Shown piece by piece: positions 1-13,793 of a stretch of DNA of 64,000 bases. Location of the stretch: positions 16,120,001 to 16,184,000 of the forward strand of contig CM022674.1 of NCBI GenBank assembly GCA_012295275.1, read 5' to 3'. Source of the stretch: Chrysomallon squamiferum (Eukaryota > Animalia > Mollusca). The notes below the pieces were generated by a model, which saw only the letters and a program-made list of their open reading frames with translations, did not search any database and was not told where the DNA came from. Position 1 is the first letter of the stretch. Every line of letters starts with the position of its first letter. Both the position numbers and the translations under genes were made by a program.

Positions 1-471
1 ATATATTTTAGAAAACTATAATCCACAGCTAAGAACTTCATTGTTTATAGTTCTTGAATTCATTGTCAGAAAAAACTGAAAAAACGAGAAAATCTGAACA
101 CACTGAGAGTTGTGTATTATACATGCCAGTTAACTTTTTGACATATCTAGTGTAAAATTATGTTAAAACACAAGACTAGAATCTTTTCATTAACTCTTCG
201 TAAAATATACAGCTATAACAATTCATCACAACAAATAAATAAATAAAGTTAAACTATTTGTTTTTCTCTCTATTTAAACCTGTGCCAGACTAATTTCTCT
301 GAACCGCGTCACCCTTCAGAAACAGAAAGTAATTCCTACGTTTCGCCTGTAACACACATCTAAGTGCTAAGATCCCACGAGCAAACATACCTCTATGTTG
401 TTTCCTTTGTTGTTTTTATTTATTTATTTATTTATGTATTATTAATATTATTATTATTATTATTATCATCA

Positions 472-546
<75 letters not shown>

Positions 547-1553
547 GTATTATTTTGACGTTAACGTTGATTCCATGGACATAAAGATAAAAAATGTCAG
601 AGAATGTCCACGTGAAGATCTTTCTTCAAACTTACATGTTAACATATAATAATATTACAATCATGTACTTTTCTTTTCATATTGATTTTAACCTGAAATA
701 AACAATCAAATCAAATCAAATAAATAAACAAATAAATAAATAAATAGATAAATACAGTATTTTGTGGAAATATTAAAGATATTAGGTCAGATGGAAGACG
801 GTGAGCATTCCACGAACGTGCATAAAACAAATTACTCCTACGACAACCACTACAACAATCACTCGTAGAGCTACAAAAAGTACAACTACCACTAAACAAT
901 CACTTGTAGAATTACAAAATGTACAACTACAACTATTACCATATTAGTTCTATAATTTCCACAGCAACCAAAACTACCTCTGTCACCAAGACAATTATGT
1001 TGCTGCTGTGAATGTTATCATTATTATTGCTGGTAGAACTTCCACTGCTACGACTACGATCATTACCATCAACATTTCTACTTATTCTATTGGTGCTCCT
1101 ACTACTACTACACAACTATAACTTATATTATTACTACAACTACTACTAACGTTGCTGTAATGATAAAGCTATTTTAAATTTGCTAATGTCGCTAGGATGA
1201 CCAACAAGTTATTAATATAAAATGTTCACTTTACCTGATTTATTTTTTATTTAAAGGCACATACGCGTGTTCCGTATCTCCAGCATATGCGATGGTGATA
1301 ATAATAGTAATAACAACAACATTAATAATAATAATAATAATAAAAATAACGATAACAACAATAACAATAATAATAATAACAAAAATATCAGTAGAAATAG
1401 TAAAAACAATAATTATAAAATCAATTCAGTCAGACTAAAGTTACAAATATTTAAAATAATTACAAGGTATTGGTAAGAAGATATTTTGAGTATTTGTTTC
1501 TATGTATACGGTTCTAAATATGAGTGGTTGTCCGTTTGTTCTTTTGTTTCTGG

Positions 1554-1684
<131 letters not shown>

Positions 1685-1920
1685 CTACTGTGGTAAATAT
1701 GAGGAAAAAAATCTTACTGGTTTGTAAAGTTGAGTAATCAGCTAGATCAATGTCATGCACATAGTTGATACATAGCCAGGCTACTTGATGAAAGGCTCCG
1801 GTAGTTTAAAAAAAGAAATACTAATAAAGAAGAACCCCCCCCCTCACAAAAAGTACTTCATTCAAACAAACAAAACCAACTAACGTTCTATAATGTACTA
1901 TACTTGCTGCACTGTAACTG

Positions 1921-2021
1921 TTAGTTCATCACGATCCCCACACGCACGTAAACAAACAAACTTACCACGCTCCCAAACACAAAACTCAAGTATATTTTCA
2001 TCAACTGAATCAGTTGTGTGG
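1921..2021 (-). CDS. Possible hydrophobic (transmembrane-like) exon after the last Ig exon
   Basis: ttttAG acceptor at 2023-2022, compatible with phase 1. Reads ATQLIQLMKIYLSFVFGSVVSLFVYVRVGIVMN*; there is also an internal GTAAGT donor at 1965. No homology support. Confidence 0.3.
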
Positions 2022-2123
2022 CTAAAACATCACAATAATTTCAGAAATAATATAATTACACAGGTCTTACACTAAACTGCAAACAAATAAATAATAATGT
2101 ATCAAAAAGAACACGAGACTTAC

Positions 2124-2420
2124 CTTCACTAATAACTGCCAGTTTTCCAACCTGCTGAGTGATTCTGTTCAAACCAATGACATTGTTAGTCACAGCGCAC
2201 ACGTATGTTCCAGAATCTCTGTAACTGTACTGATGGATGGACAGGACATATTCGTTTGGTGACACAAACTGTCCATCAAGTTCTCTGATTTTCTCACCTC
2301 TCCAGATGTGAGTGAATTTAGAGAAGTGGTAGTCTGCAGGGCGACCTTCTGCTTCACATCTTATTTGTAGAGTTTTGTTCTTTGTGTAGAAGTGTGCGGA
2401 CATTCGTACTGTTGGTGCGT
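2124..2420 (-). CDS. Ig-domain exon (third of three) of a nephrin/hemicentin-like cell-surface protein
   Basis: Acceptor AG at 2422-2421, donor GTAAGT at 2123-2118. 297 nt, phase 1-1. Encodes (Y)APTVRMSAHF..LQIRCEAEGRP..YSYRDSGTYVCAVTN..AVISE, with both canonical Ig Cys and the DSGxYxC motif. Confidence 0.9.
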
Positions 2421-2873
2421 CTATGTAAAGTAAGAATTAATAGAATATTGACTGCAAGTGTATAACTCTACACATTTCGCTGAAACATTCTTTATTATTA
2501 GTTTTTGCACATCAGGCAGGAAATGTCTTTGATAATAAGTGTATTGTAAATCACTGAGGAATATGTATGTATGTTGTGTTACGAAAATAGTAATGAAAAA
2601 TATATCTTTAAATGTTGTTTTCTTAAACACAGAAATTAATAAAAATTGTTAATGAAAAGAAACGACAGTATACATACAAAATACATCCGTACATTGTATT
2701 CTTAAAATATGATTATTGTCTATCTACTTGCAATAATCAAAAGAGAATTATTTGTAGATAGAAAAATATTCGTTAAATGTAATAACATTAAAATACTTAC
2801 AGTTAACAAAAAGAAAAATATTTGTGGACACAAGATATTTGTTTATGAAATATAGTAATATTAATATACTTAC

Positions 2874-3170
2874 AGTTAACAAAAAGAGATACGCTTGTTG
2901 ACAGAATATATTTGTTTGTGACGTGTTTAGCTGTACACTGACATATTTTATTGTGGTGAATTCTTAACAGTTGAAAACTGACGAATCTAGTCTTCACGTC
3001 TCCAATGGTAACAAGATTCGTTTTCATGTTAATTCCGTCACAAACAAATATGACGTCAGAGACGAGTGGTTTTCCTCCTGTGACTTGACACGGCATTTTT
3101 ATAACGTCTGCTTCTCGAATTGGGACGCCCGAGTCGTAACCTTTTATTACTGGTTTTTCTTGAGGTACAT
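2874..3170 (-). CDS. Ig-domain (C2-like) exon of the same gene
   Basis: Acceptor AG at 3172-3171, donor GTAAGT at 2873-2868. 297 nt, phase 1-1. Encodes (Y)VPQEKPVIKGYDSGVPIREADVIKMPCQVTGGKPLVSDVIFVC..HHNKICQCTAKH..VSLFVN and splices in frame to the 2420 exon. Confidence 0.88.
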
Positions 3171-3208
3171 CTTATAATAATAATCATAATAATAATAATA
3201 ATATTATT

Positions 3209-3289
<81 letters not shown>

Positions 3290-3464
3290 AAGAAAAAAGA
3301 AAGATGAAGAAGACAGGATCGACAAAAGCTTCTACTTTCTGTTCTCTTTCATGTAAATCAAGGCGCATAACATATTTAATTAATATTAAATATTTCTTTG
3401 TCAGTAGAGACCATAACTTTTGTTTAGAACAAATGTTTTTATGATGAATTTAAACTCCAGTAGA

Positions 3465-3561
<97 letters not shown>

Positions 3562-3576
3562 AATTACGTAACTCAC

Positions 3577-3898
3577 AATTTAAATTCAGTTTTGTAGTTG
3601 ACGTCACTGGTTCAACTGCTGAGATATTTTTACTTTGTACTTGACATGTAATGACATCACCATCTTGATACCACACAGATTTAATATTTAGATATTGACT
3701 GGAAACAAAACCTCCACTCTTTGGTGTACTAACTGTATTTCCAATACTGTCAGTTATCTGTTTTACTCGTTTCGTTTATCCATTTGAAAATCACTTCAAC
3801 TTTAGACAGAAAGGTTTTGCAAATTAGCTGCATAACTTGAACACCCTCAGCGAAAAAGACAGCTTTGTTACAAGTGATTGAAACATTTGTTGGACCAT
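3577..3898 (-). pseudogene. Ig-domain (C2-like) exon with a 1-nt frameshift
   Basis: Acceptor tttcAG at 3900-3899, donor GTGAGT at 3576-3571; 322 nt, where 321 is needed for phase 1-1. The 5' half reads GPTNVSITC..MQLICKTF..VIFKWINETSK. The 3' half, in another frame, reads QITDSIGNTVSTPKSGGFVSSQYLNIKSVWYQDGDVITCQVQS..KLNLN. Confidence 0.75.
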
Positions 3899-3936
3899 CT
3901 GAAATATAAATTTAAAAATATAGATACTTATATGTG

Positions 3937-4079
<143 letters not shown>

Positions 4080-4364
4080 GTTTTTTTTTTTTTTTTTTAT
4101 TGTTATTATTTTACAGACTTGTTCAAAGTAAACATTTTAACAGAATTAAGAAATCTGTGCCTGGTCAGTTTCTACTTAAAACAATCATACAACGACTAAA
4201 GAGAAGATTCAGTATGGTGAAGAAAACGGTGACGATGATGTTGATCATGTTCTTGATGCTGCTGATGATGATGATACACTTTTCGTTTTAAGATACATTT
4301 AATATTAACTTTTGTTAAAAGATGCACTGCATTTTTTCATTTATACGTTTATGTTTAAAATTAC

Positions 4365-4527
4365 AATGCTTATCCCTAATAGCACCTTCCTGTTTAAACT
4401 TACACAGCATATTCTTTAAAACAGGTTCTTGTCTATACTTATTCTGTATATTTCTGTAACGTTTTTGTTTAATAGTGCACTGTATATTTCTAGTAATACA
4501 TTTCTTATTTATTTACAGTGCATATTT

Positions 4528-4588
<61 letters not shown>

Positions 4589-5675
4589 GAAGAATAATAA
4601 TATATAAAAGCTACACCCCATAATTCTAATAATACGTTTTTGATAAAGTTACATTGCATATTTCTTATAATATGTTTTTGTTTAAAGTTACACTGTATAT
4701 TTCTAATAATATTTTTTAAAATTAATTTAATACTGCATATTTCTAATAATATATTTTAGTGACCTGTATGTGTGCACAAATATATTCATGTTTAAAGTTT
4801 CTCTGTATATTTCTAAGAATATGCTTTTGTATAATGTTATGCTATGTTACCCTGAGTATTTTCTAATAGAGCGTTTTTGCTTAAAGTTAACCTGTATATT
4901 TTCTCATAATACGTTTTTGTTTAAATTCATCCTGTCCATTTTCTAGCTATATATTTACTTAAAGTTATCCAGTATATTTTGTAATAATCCATTTTTATTC
5001 TAATAATTTTCTAACGATGCTATTTTTTTTTTAAGTTCTCCTGTATATATTCCTAAATAATAGGTTTTTTTTGTATACAGTTTCACTGTATATCTCTAAC
5101 AATACGTTTTTTATTTAAAGTGTCACAATATATTTAAAAATAAATCGTTTTTGTTTAACATTGGCCTGTATATTTTCTAACAATTCGTGTTTTGTTCAAA
5201 ATGATCACGTGTATTGTCTAATAATAAGTTTTTGTTTAAAGTTACCCTGTATATTTTCCTAATATTTTGTTTAAAGTTGTTTTGTAAATTTTCCGATAAT
5301 ACGTGTTTTGTTTAAAGTTATCCAGTATATTTTCTAATAATACGTTTTCGTTTATAATTTCACTGTGTATTTCTACTAATATATTTTGTTTATAGTTACT
5401 CCGTACAATTCTAGTAACACCTTTTTGTTTAAAGTTACACTGTACATTTCTATTAAGACGTATTTGTTTAATTACCCTGATAAGATATTTTACTAATATA
5501 TTACTAATAATACATATTTGTTTAAAGAAATCCTTAATATTTTCTAATTAAATGTTTTTGATTAAAATTACGTGTATATTTGCCAATAATACGTTTTTTG
5601 TTTAAAGTTTCACTGTATATTTCTAATAAATCTGTTTTGTTTAACGTTACCCTGTATATTTTCGAGCAATTCGTG

Positions 5676-5725
<50 letters not shown>

Positions 5726-6775
5726 GATTATTATGATTATGATTATTAAATTGCTCAAGTATATTTTCTAGTAATACGTTTTTTGTTTAAATTTCTCTGT
5801 ATATTTCTAATAAAACGTTTTTGTATAACATTACACTATATATTTTCTAATAATACGTTTTAAATTAAAGATACCCTGTATATTTTCAAGCAATTCGAGT
5901 TTCATTTTTTATTTATTATAATTATTATTATTTTTTAAAGTTGTCGAGTATATTTTCTAGTAAGATGTTTTTGTTTAAAGCTTCCCTGTATATTTCTAAT
6001 AAAACGTTTTTTGTTCAACATTACACTGTATATTTTCTAATAATACCTTTTGCATTAAAAATATGCTGTATATTTTCTTACAATACTTTTTCTTTAACGT
6101 TATCCTGTATATTTTCTAATAGTATATTTTTGATTAAAGTTGACCTGTATATCTTATAATAATACGTTTCTGTCTAAATATATCGTGTATATTTCTTAAA
6201 AATACGTTTTTTGTTCAAAGTCATCCTGCATATTTTCTAATTATACGTTTTTGTTTCAAGTTATCATGTATATTTTCTAATAATACATTTTTCTTTAAAG
6301 CTTCGTATTCATTTCTAATAAACCATTTGTTTCAATAATACACAGTATATATTCCTAATAACACGTTTCTGTTTAAAGTTATCCTATATATTACTAATAA
6401 TACATATTTATTTAAAGAAATCCTTTATATTTTCTAATTATCTGTTTTTGATTTCAGTTGCCTGTGTATTTGCCAATAATACGCTTTTGTTTAAAGTTTC
6501 ACTGTAGTTTCCTAATAAATGTGTTTTGCTTAACGTTACCCTGTATATTTTCAATCAGTTCGTCCTTTTTAGTATTATTACTTTTTGTTTTAAATTTGTT
6601 CAGTATGTTTTCTAAATAATACATTTTTGATTAAAGTTTCACTGCATATTCTAATAAAACGTTTTTTGTTTAACATTACACTGTATATTTTCTAATAATA
6701 CGTTTTAGATTAAAGATATCCTGTATATTTTCTTACACTACGTTTTTCTTTAAAGTTACCATGTTATTTTTCTAA
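4365..6775. repeat. Diverged ~40-bp tandem satellite, roughly 55 units
   Basis: Recurrent unit close to ctgtatattttctaataatacgtttttgtttaaagttacc, interrupted by (ATA)n/(TTA)n runs. An internal higher-order duplication links ~5497 and ~6388. Confidence 0.9.
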
Positions 6776-7254
6776 TCAGCTTCAACAGGAAAACATAATA
6801 ATAATAATTAATAGCAGCTTGTTTATTTTTCATGTTTTCTTCTTGAATTTCATTACAGTTCTCATTCATGATGCCGAAAGATATAATATACAGCGCTAAA
6901 TGTGTTTTGAGTGCAGTTTCCAACAAGTTCTGGTAATAGTGCCAGTTTAAAAACAAATCTCCTGTCTTTTTCATCAATTCAATGCAAAACTGCTCATTAA
7001 TAAATAGTTATCTCTGTGTCAAGAATTCACCTTCAGTAGGCACAGTATTCCACATTGGTAAAAATAATAGGGAGATTACAACTTGGTAAGAGAGATACTT
7101 GTTTAAACATAATTGCTCATCTATCATTTCATTGTGGTGTGATTGTAACTTTGTGTTAACATTGTAATTCAGTGCCCCTTCCTTACTATCAGATTTCGAT
7201 GAACACATTCTGACAATAATTAACTTTTCCTTACTGACAGATGTAAAAGGTTCA

Positions 7255-7407
7255 TCAAACAATTCTGAAAGTAAATACTGTCCAGTGTTTCAGGTTGGTA
7301 GTTGCTTGCTTATCCTGCAACAACTGAAAAGATGACTGGTTTTTGTTGTTGTGTGGCTCAGTGAAGAAATCAGGTTGGATATCCATTCCAGACAACAAGT
7401 TGTTCCT
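7255..7407 (-). CDS. Second, chimeric and terminating exon of the PCSK7-like fragment
   Basis: CAG acceptor at 7410-7408, phase 0. RNNLLSGMDI matches PC7 NNRRSPGRDI. It then diverges (QPDFFTEPH..TFRIV) instead of NVTGVW and stops at TGA 7257-7255. Confidence 0.7.
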   Translation of the reverse strand, partial: RNNLLSGMDIQPDFFTEPHNNKNQSSFQLLQDKQATTNLKHWTVFTFRIV

Positions 7408-7790
7408 CTGTTTAATAAATAAATAAATAAATAAAATTAAAAATCAACAAATAAATAAATAAATATAATAAACATAATAAATAAACAAATAAATACATAT
7501 ATTAATAAAATAAAACAAAATATAAATGATTTTAGTAATTTTAGATAAAATACATGTAATTTAAATTAACACAATAAATTATCTCTCATTGTTACAGTCT
7601 GGTATTTCATATTCATGAAAATATGCAAAATTAAAATGTTAATCAAAGTGTGTTAAGAAGAAACTGGTTAGTGAATCCACATAAACAGACAGATCTGATG
7701 CTGTGTCACTGTTTGAGTGGATGCTACACAATGGAGCTAAGTTCTACTTTCACTACAACTGGAGATAAATTATGCAGATTATTTACTTAC

Positions 7791-8333
7791 CAAGTGCCAT
7801 TGTCGTGTGAAGAACGGATCTTCAAAATGAAGAGATCTTTTCTGTCTGACTCTCACTACATTGGGACTAAACCACTCAACAGAGTGGTTTCCCTGCAACC
7901 AGCTCTCTACTGTTTTCCTCACAGTGTTGAATCTGTGACGTTTTATCTTTAAGAGAAACTGGTGCACTTTGTGTAAATCTTCAAAGTTCAGTTTACTTGT
8001 TTTACTCAGTTCTAAAGTCTCTGGCCAGAAACAGAAAGTGAAATGGTTTAGGAAATTTGATATCTGTCCCACAGAGACAGGTCTGATGTCTGCAGCAGAA
8101 ATGACAAGTTGTCTCTCTTGAAGTGGTACGTAATGTTGAACTCTGTTGTGGATTTTCACCGTCCAGCACAGTGTGTCTTCGTGGTTTCCACTGTGGTCAA
8201 AATGATCAATTTTCTTCTCTCCACTCAATGTCAGTGACTGGGTGCATATCACAACAGGGAGAAAGACAAAAATGAAAACGAGGCAGAAAACCCTGTTGCC
8301 ATGATAACAAGACTGGCATGTCTGCAGTTGCAT
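7791..8333 (-). CDS. PCSK7: Proprotein convertase (PCSK7/PC7-like) first coding exon: signal peptide, prodomain, RQKR site and start of catalytic domain
   Basis: Hydrophobic leader VFCLVFIFVFLPVVICT. SVEWFSPNVVRVRQKR|SLHFEDPFFTRQWHL matches PC7 RRAKR|SVHFNDPKYPQQWHL. Phase-0 donor GTAAGT at 7790-7785; in-frame TAA just upstream of the ATG. Confidence 0.85.
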
Positions 8334-9578
8334 GCTTTACTGAATGAGTTCATCTGTAGAAGTGAAGAATCTGTGGACAAAAATGTTTAAAAATGTTTAT
8401 TTAAAAACAAGCATATGTTTACAAGTTTAATATTCTATCTGCACCTACATTTACCCACACACTCAGTAGTAAATTCGTGTCATGATCTGCACAGACAGAT
8501 ATGTAGATGTAGAGACAGATAGATAAACTAATCAATAAATAAATAGGTAGACACAGAGACAGAGAGATTGATATCTCAAACTAGTAAATAAACTGTCCTG
8601 ATATATCAAAGTTTTGAAACCTGTACACTGTAAATGTTATTTCTTAAATACAGCACTGTTCTAAATTGCAACTATAATAATTATTACACAAATATTTCTT
8701 TTTGTTTTTCTTTGTTTTAAATATTTCTTTTCATTTACTATATATACACACATCAGATGATCTGGACAACCGAATACATTAGAACCTTTGACTGCATGAA
8801 CTAAAACAGTCTTAAAAGAAATAAATAGAAACATTAAAATTTGTTCTAAGATATAAAACTGCACAGCTTCATAATTTATTCTTCAAATTTTAATATAAAC
8901 TGGTTAGTTTTGAATATTTGAACTGACAGCAGCCAGACTGTGGGATCCACCTATTGTTTTACCATCTTCCTGTTGTTAATTTATGTAGTCATTTTGTTAT
9001 CCAAAGAGGAATATAATTAATTACAGCTGACAGGTAAAACACAAATTTAACAACTTTGAAGGAACATGGTCTGTTGTTAGACATAAATTATCAAATATAA
9101 CCAGCATTTATTCAGTTAAACATCTCAGAATTTTGAGTTTTCTTCTTCTCGCAGTTGTTTCCTAAGCAGAGACAGCTCAGTGCGTTGTTATTTAATTTAC
9201 GTGTAAATTACATGTTTTCATCAAAGCCTGGTATCATCTACTTTACAGATTAAATATTTTGTCATTGTATTGTAAATTAATACAACCTCAGCAATATACA
9301 GGTTACTTAAACTTTATTCAGTTTTTAACTAAATTTATAAATATGTACAGCTATATACAAATGCATACACGCAAACACAAGTGTAAATATAATGAAAAGA
9401 ATTCTAAGATGTTTCTAACTCAGATTATGTAACAATTTATTTTATTAATTAGTTTTCTGTCACACCACATTTTACTTTTACAACTAATTTTTTAATAATA
9501 ATAATAAGTAAATAATCAATAAATAATATAATTGTAATTAATTGATATTTTGTACACACACATATAACTATTATTAAT

Positions 9579-9724
<146 letters not shown>

Positions 9725-10032
9725 TGGATGTTTTCAACACCGGATTCCCTTGGGACCAAACAGATACGCCGTTATATACAGAGTGACAGTTTATAAAGAT
9801 CAAAACGACCAAAAAATTGAATATGTTTTATCACAAATGTTACAATTAAATATCTAGCTGAGATTTGCCGGTGATTACTCGTTGATTTGCCGGTAAGTTG
9901 ACCTGATTGAAATGTTCACCATTTTGTAGAAAACTTCGTCTTTCTTTTAACCCAGGGAAAAGTCTAGTTGGCATTTCTTTATTTATTTATTTATTTATTT
10001 ATTTATTATTATTATTATTTTTTCAAAAAAAT

Positions 10033-10069
<37 letters not shown>

Positions 10070-11333
10070 CACTTGGAAGTCGAAACTATTGACACATTTT
10101 GCCTCTATTTTGTCCAAAGATGACTTGAATACGTTTTGCAGTCGGGCACCGAAATTATATTTAGTAATAAAACTGCAAGAATAGCTGCTGACATGCTTTG
10201 TTTTTGTGTTAACAGCAATTGACAATAAACACAGCTATTGACTTTTATTTTTTTTTTTTTTTTTTTATTATTATTATTATTTTTTTTTTTTTGTTGTACA
10301 AATTGAATTAACTGAGATGGACTGAACAGAATGACATGGTAAAGATTAGAATTAAGAAACCCAGTAAGTAGAGGTGGAGACGAGAGAAAGTAGGATACCA
10401 GTAGTATTAAACAAACATAAGAACAAAACTTTTCTTAAATCATTTTATCACTTATGCCATGAATGTGTATAAAATATGTTGTTAAAGTCCCTGTTTTACT
10501 AGATACAGAACATGTATACATGTAGATATTTAATTTTACCTTTGTGACAAATGCTTGGTTATGTCTTATTGTCTCATTTTGCTTTGACAAAGTGTCACTT
10601 ATCTGTCTACAGACAGAAGTGACTTCTCCCTGTTTTTCCAGCCTATCGTGAACTCTGCACAGCTAAATCTTTCTCTGTACACAGTGGATTTGTTGGAAAA
10701 TCTTCTATTAATTTTGTTTTAGAAAGTTCGTTCTGTGATTGCGACCAATTCAATAAGACAGTGAAAAATGTGCGTCATACGTATTTTATGCAGATTTCTG
10801 CTTCTGACTCTAAATGAGTGTTTCAACACTAATAATAATCTTGTTCATTTGGCTCAATATAGTAACTACACGATGTATGTAATTATCATTTGTTAAGCTT
10901 TCAAAGAATGGCAATTATTTAATATCACATGGTAACCTAATTACGTGAAAACTGCCGTCAGTTTTTTCAGAAGTGATCGTCCTTGCAAAATTGTTGACTA
11001 AACTAAGTATTATATAAGTTGTCTTTCCTTTTTTTTTTTAATTCTGGAATTTACACCCGAAGTCCGAAGTGTACAATGAAATGATTTGATTATCATAAAC
11101 TATAGGAAACAATACAGAGAAGAATGCATTACAGATATATTATAACAAAAACAAATTTAAATGCATATCCGAATTAGACACTATTTTTTCCATAACAGAT
11201 TAACGATAGCTGGAGAGGAATTTCACAAATTATATATGCTGATGATGATAATGATGATGATGGTGATGATGATGATGATGATGATGCTGATGATGATGGT
11301 GTTTTACAGGAGAAGGAAATAAAACAAACTCAC

Positions 11334-11547
11334 CCAGTTTCGGCTGGACTATTTTATCTCCTACTTTACTCGGGTGGATGATGTCTCGTTTAGAAAGCGA
11401 GTTCAGATCAAAGCCGTGATTCTGTCCTGAGTGGCTTCTCTTCGACTCGACAGTCTCCACATCTGAGTCAGACACCTGCACAGACTGGGCCAACGCTAAT
11501 AGCAGACAAAGAAACGCTAAGACAAAATGAAGACCGAGTCCCTTCAT
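11334..11547 (-). CDS. First coding exon of a secreted precursor with two dibasic KR sites; remainder not identified
   Basis: MKGLGLHFVLAFLCLLLALAQS is a classic signal peptide, followed by VQVSDSDVETVESKR SHSGQNHGFDLNSLSKR DIIHPSKVGDKIVQPKL. Phase-1 donor GTGAGT at 11333-11328; locally higher GC. Confidence 0.65.
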
Positions 11548-11781
11548 CTTTCTCGTCTCCGTCCGAATGATGGTGACGATGATGCTGTTGGGGTTTAAAT
11601 AGAGAAAGAAACAGGACGTTTTGAAACAAATGTCACCACTTCTCACTCGATTTCAACTGTGAACCTACCACCAACTAATTAGATTTACAGTTTCTTGTGA
11701 ATAGTAATTTATCTTTTGATATTATCATAATCGTTGTTGTTTTCTGGACGTCCGCTGGCTGTTAGTTGTAATAAAACACAC

Positions 11782-11849
<68 letters not shown>

Positions 11850-12106
11850 AATTAATAAATAAATATATAAATATATAAATAAATATATAAATAAAAAAAA
11901 AAAAAAAAAAAAATAATAATCCGGATGTTCTGAAACAAATGTTGTCATTTCTCAGTTTCGTTTAACTGATAAAAGTAACTGAATAACAACTTTACATTTA
12001 GCTGTGAAAACTAATTTAGTTTTAATCTTATCATCATCATGATCATTATAGATATGATTACATAGATAGATAGATACATATGGCACTGCGAATGGTGAAA
12101 TATAAT

Positions 12107-12270
<164 letters not shown>

Positions 12271-12335
12271 TCCTTTAGTAGTAACATTCAATTAACACTA
12301 AAGTTGGCTGACGTCACAGATCTAAAACAAACACA

Positions 12336-12390
<55 letters not shown>

Positions 12391-13445
12391 ATTTAATTAT
12401 AGAAACACGTTTATCGTAAATTTTACAAGATTAGTTTTGAGTTCAAATTTTAGTTCAGCGCTACATATTTTACGTTAATAAAAAAATAATAATAATAAAA
12501 AAAATAAAATAAAATAAAATAAAAATAAAATAAAATAAAGATTCGTACCAGTATCAAAGATCAACTTCTGATAAAATATCCTGAGAGTATTACAGTATAA
12601 AATTGTGAAATGTAACATTTTATAAATTTATAATTAAATACTTTCAGGAAGATAGCGGCTACTACTGATCTCTTATACCAGTTCCAAACGCTTCCTTTAG
12701 ACTGAATTGTCTAGTATATTTTGCGTATGTGTGCGGATGTGTGTGAGCACTATCTGTGTGCGTTTGTGGCTTATATATTTACGTATGCTTGCACATGTAT
12801 TTGTGTATGTGATTTTATATGCGTATGTAAATGTGTTTGAAATATTTCTACATTCTGTCCCCTGTACTGTGGTATATACGGTAATTAAAGTGAAAGTACA
12901 CTTATCAGTTAATTTCGTGGAAACGTTAATGTTTACATCAGCAGTAAATAAAAACTCAGTGTCTATACCACGTCATCAGATACATCCGCTGAAGCTGACT
13001 GCAAATGTTTGGTATGTAGACTTTTCTATTTCAAAACTGATTAAACACACATTTTGTTCTCTTCTGTTTTATTTGTTCCTGTATTTCTTTTCTAAACTAG
13101 GAGCGTAAAATGCAAATAAACAACATTAATTAATTAATTATTGTTGTTGTTGTTGTTGTTGTTGTTGATTGTATTGTTGTTATTGTTGTTGTTGTTGTTG
13201 TTGTTGTAATTGTTGTAGTTGTTGATAACGTGTTTGAAGAAGGGTGACGCCGGTGCGTGATATGACATATAGATACATTTTATATGTCTGTAAGTGTTAT
13301 TTGACATTTTGTATGACAGATTTGTATAACTGTAGTTACATGAACCATGCAACTGGCTACAAGAATGATGAGAACAAATTATTTTCAATTCGTTTTTTTT
13401 TTTTTCGTTTTTTTCCAGTCAGCTTCGTGACACTTATTGGTTTAC

Positions 13446-13503
<58 letters not shown>

Positions 13504-13550
13504 TATATACACACACACACATATATATATAAACCTGAGATATAAGAGAG

Positions 13551-13657
<107 letters not shown>

Positions 13658-13746
13658 TTGTTCGTATCCATGATAATACTACGTATAGAGAAAAAAAACT
13701 TCGTTTAATGGTTTAATGTAATTTAAAATCTCTGACATAAAATCTG

Positions 13747-13793
<47 letters not shown>

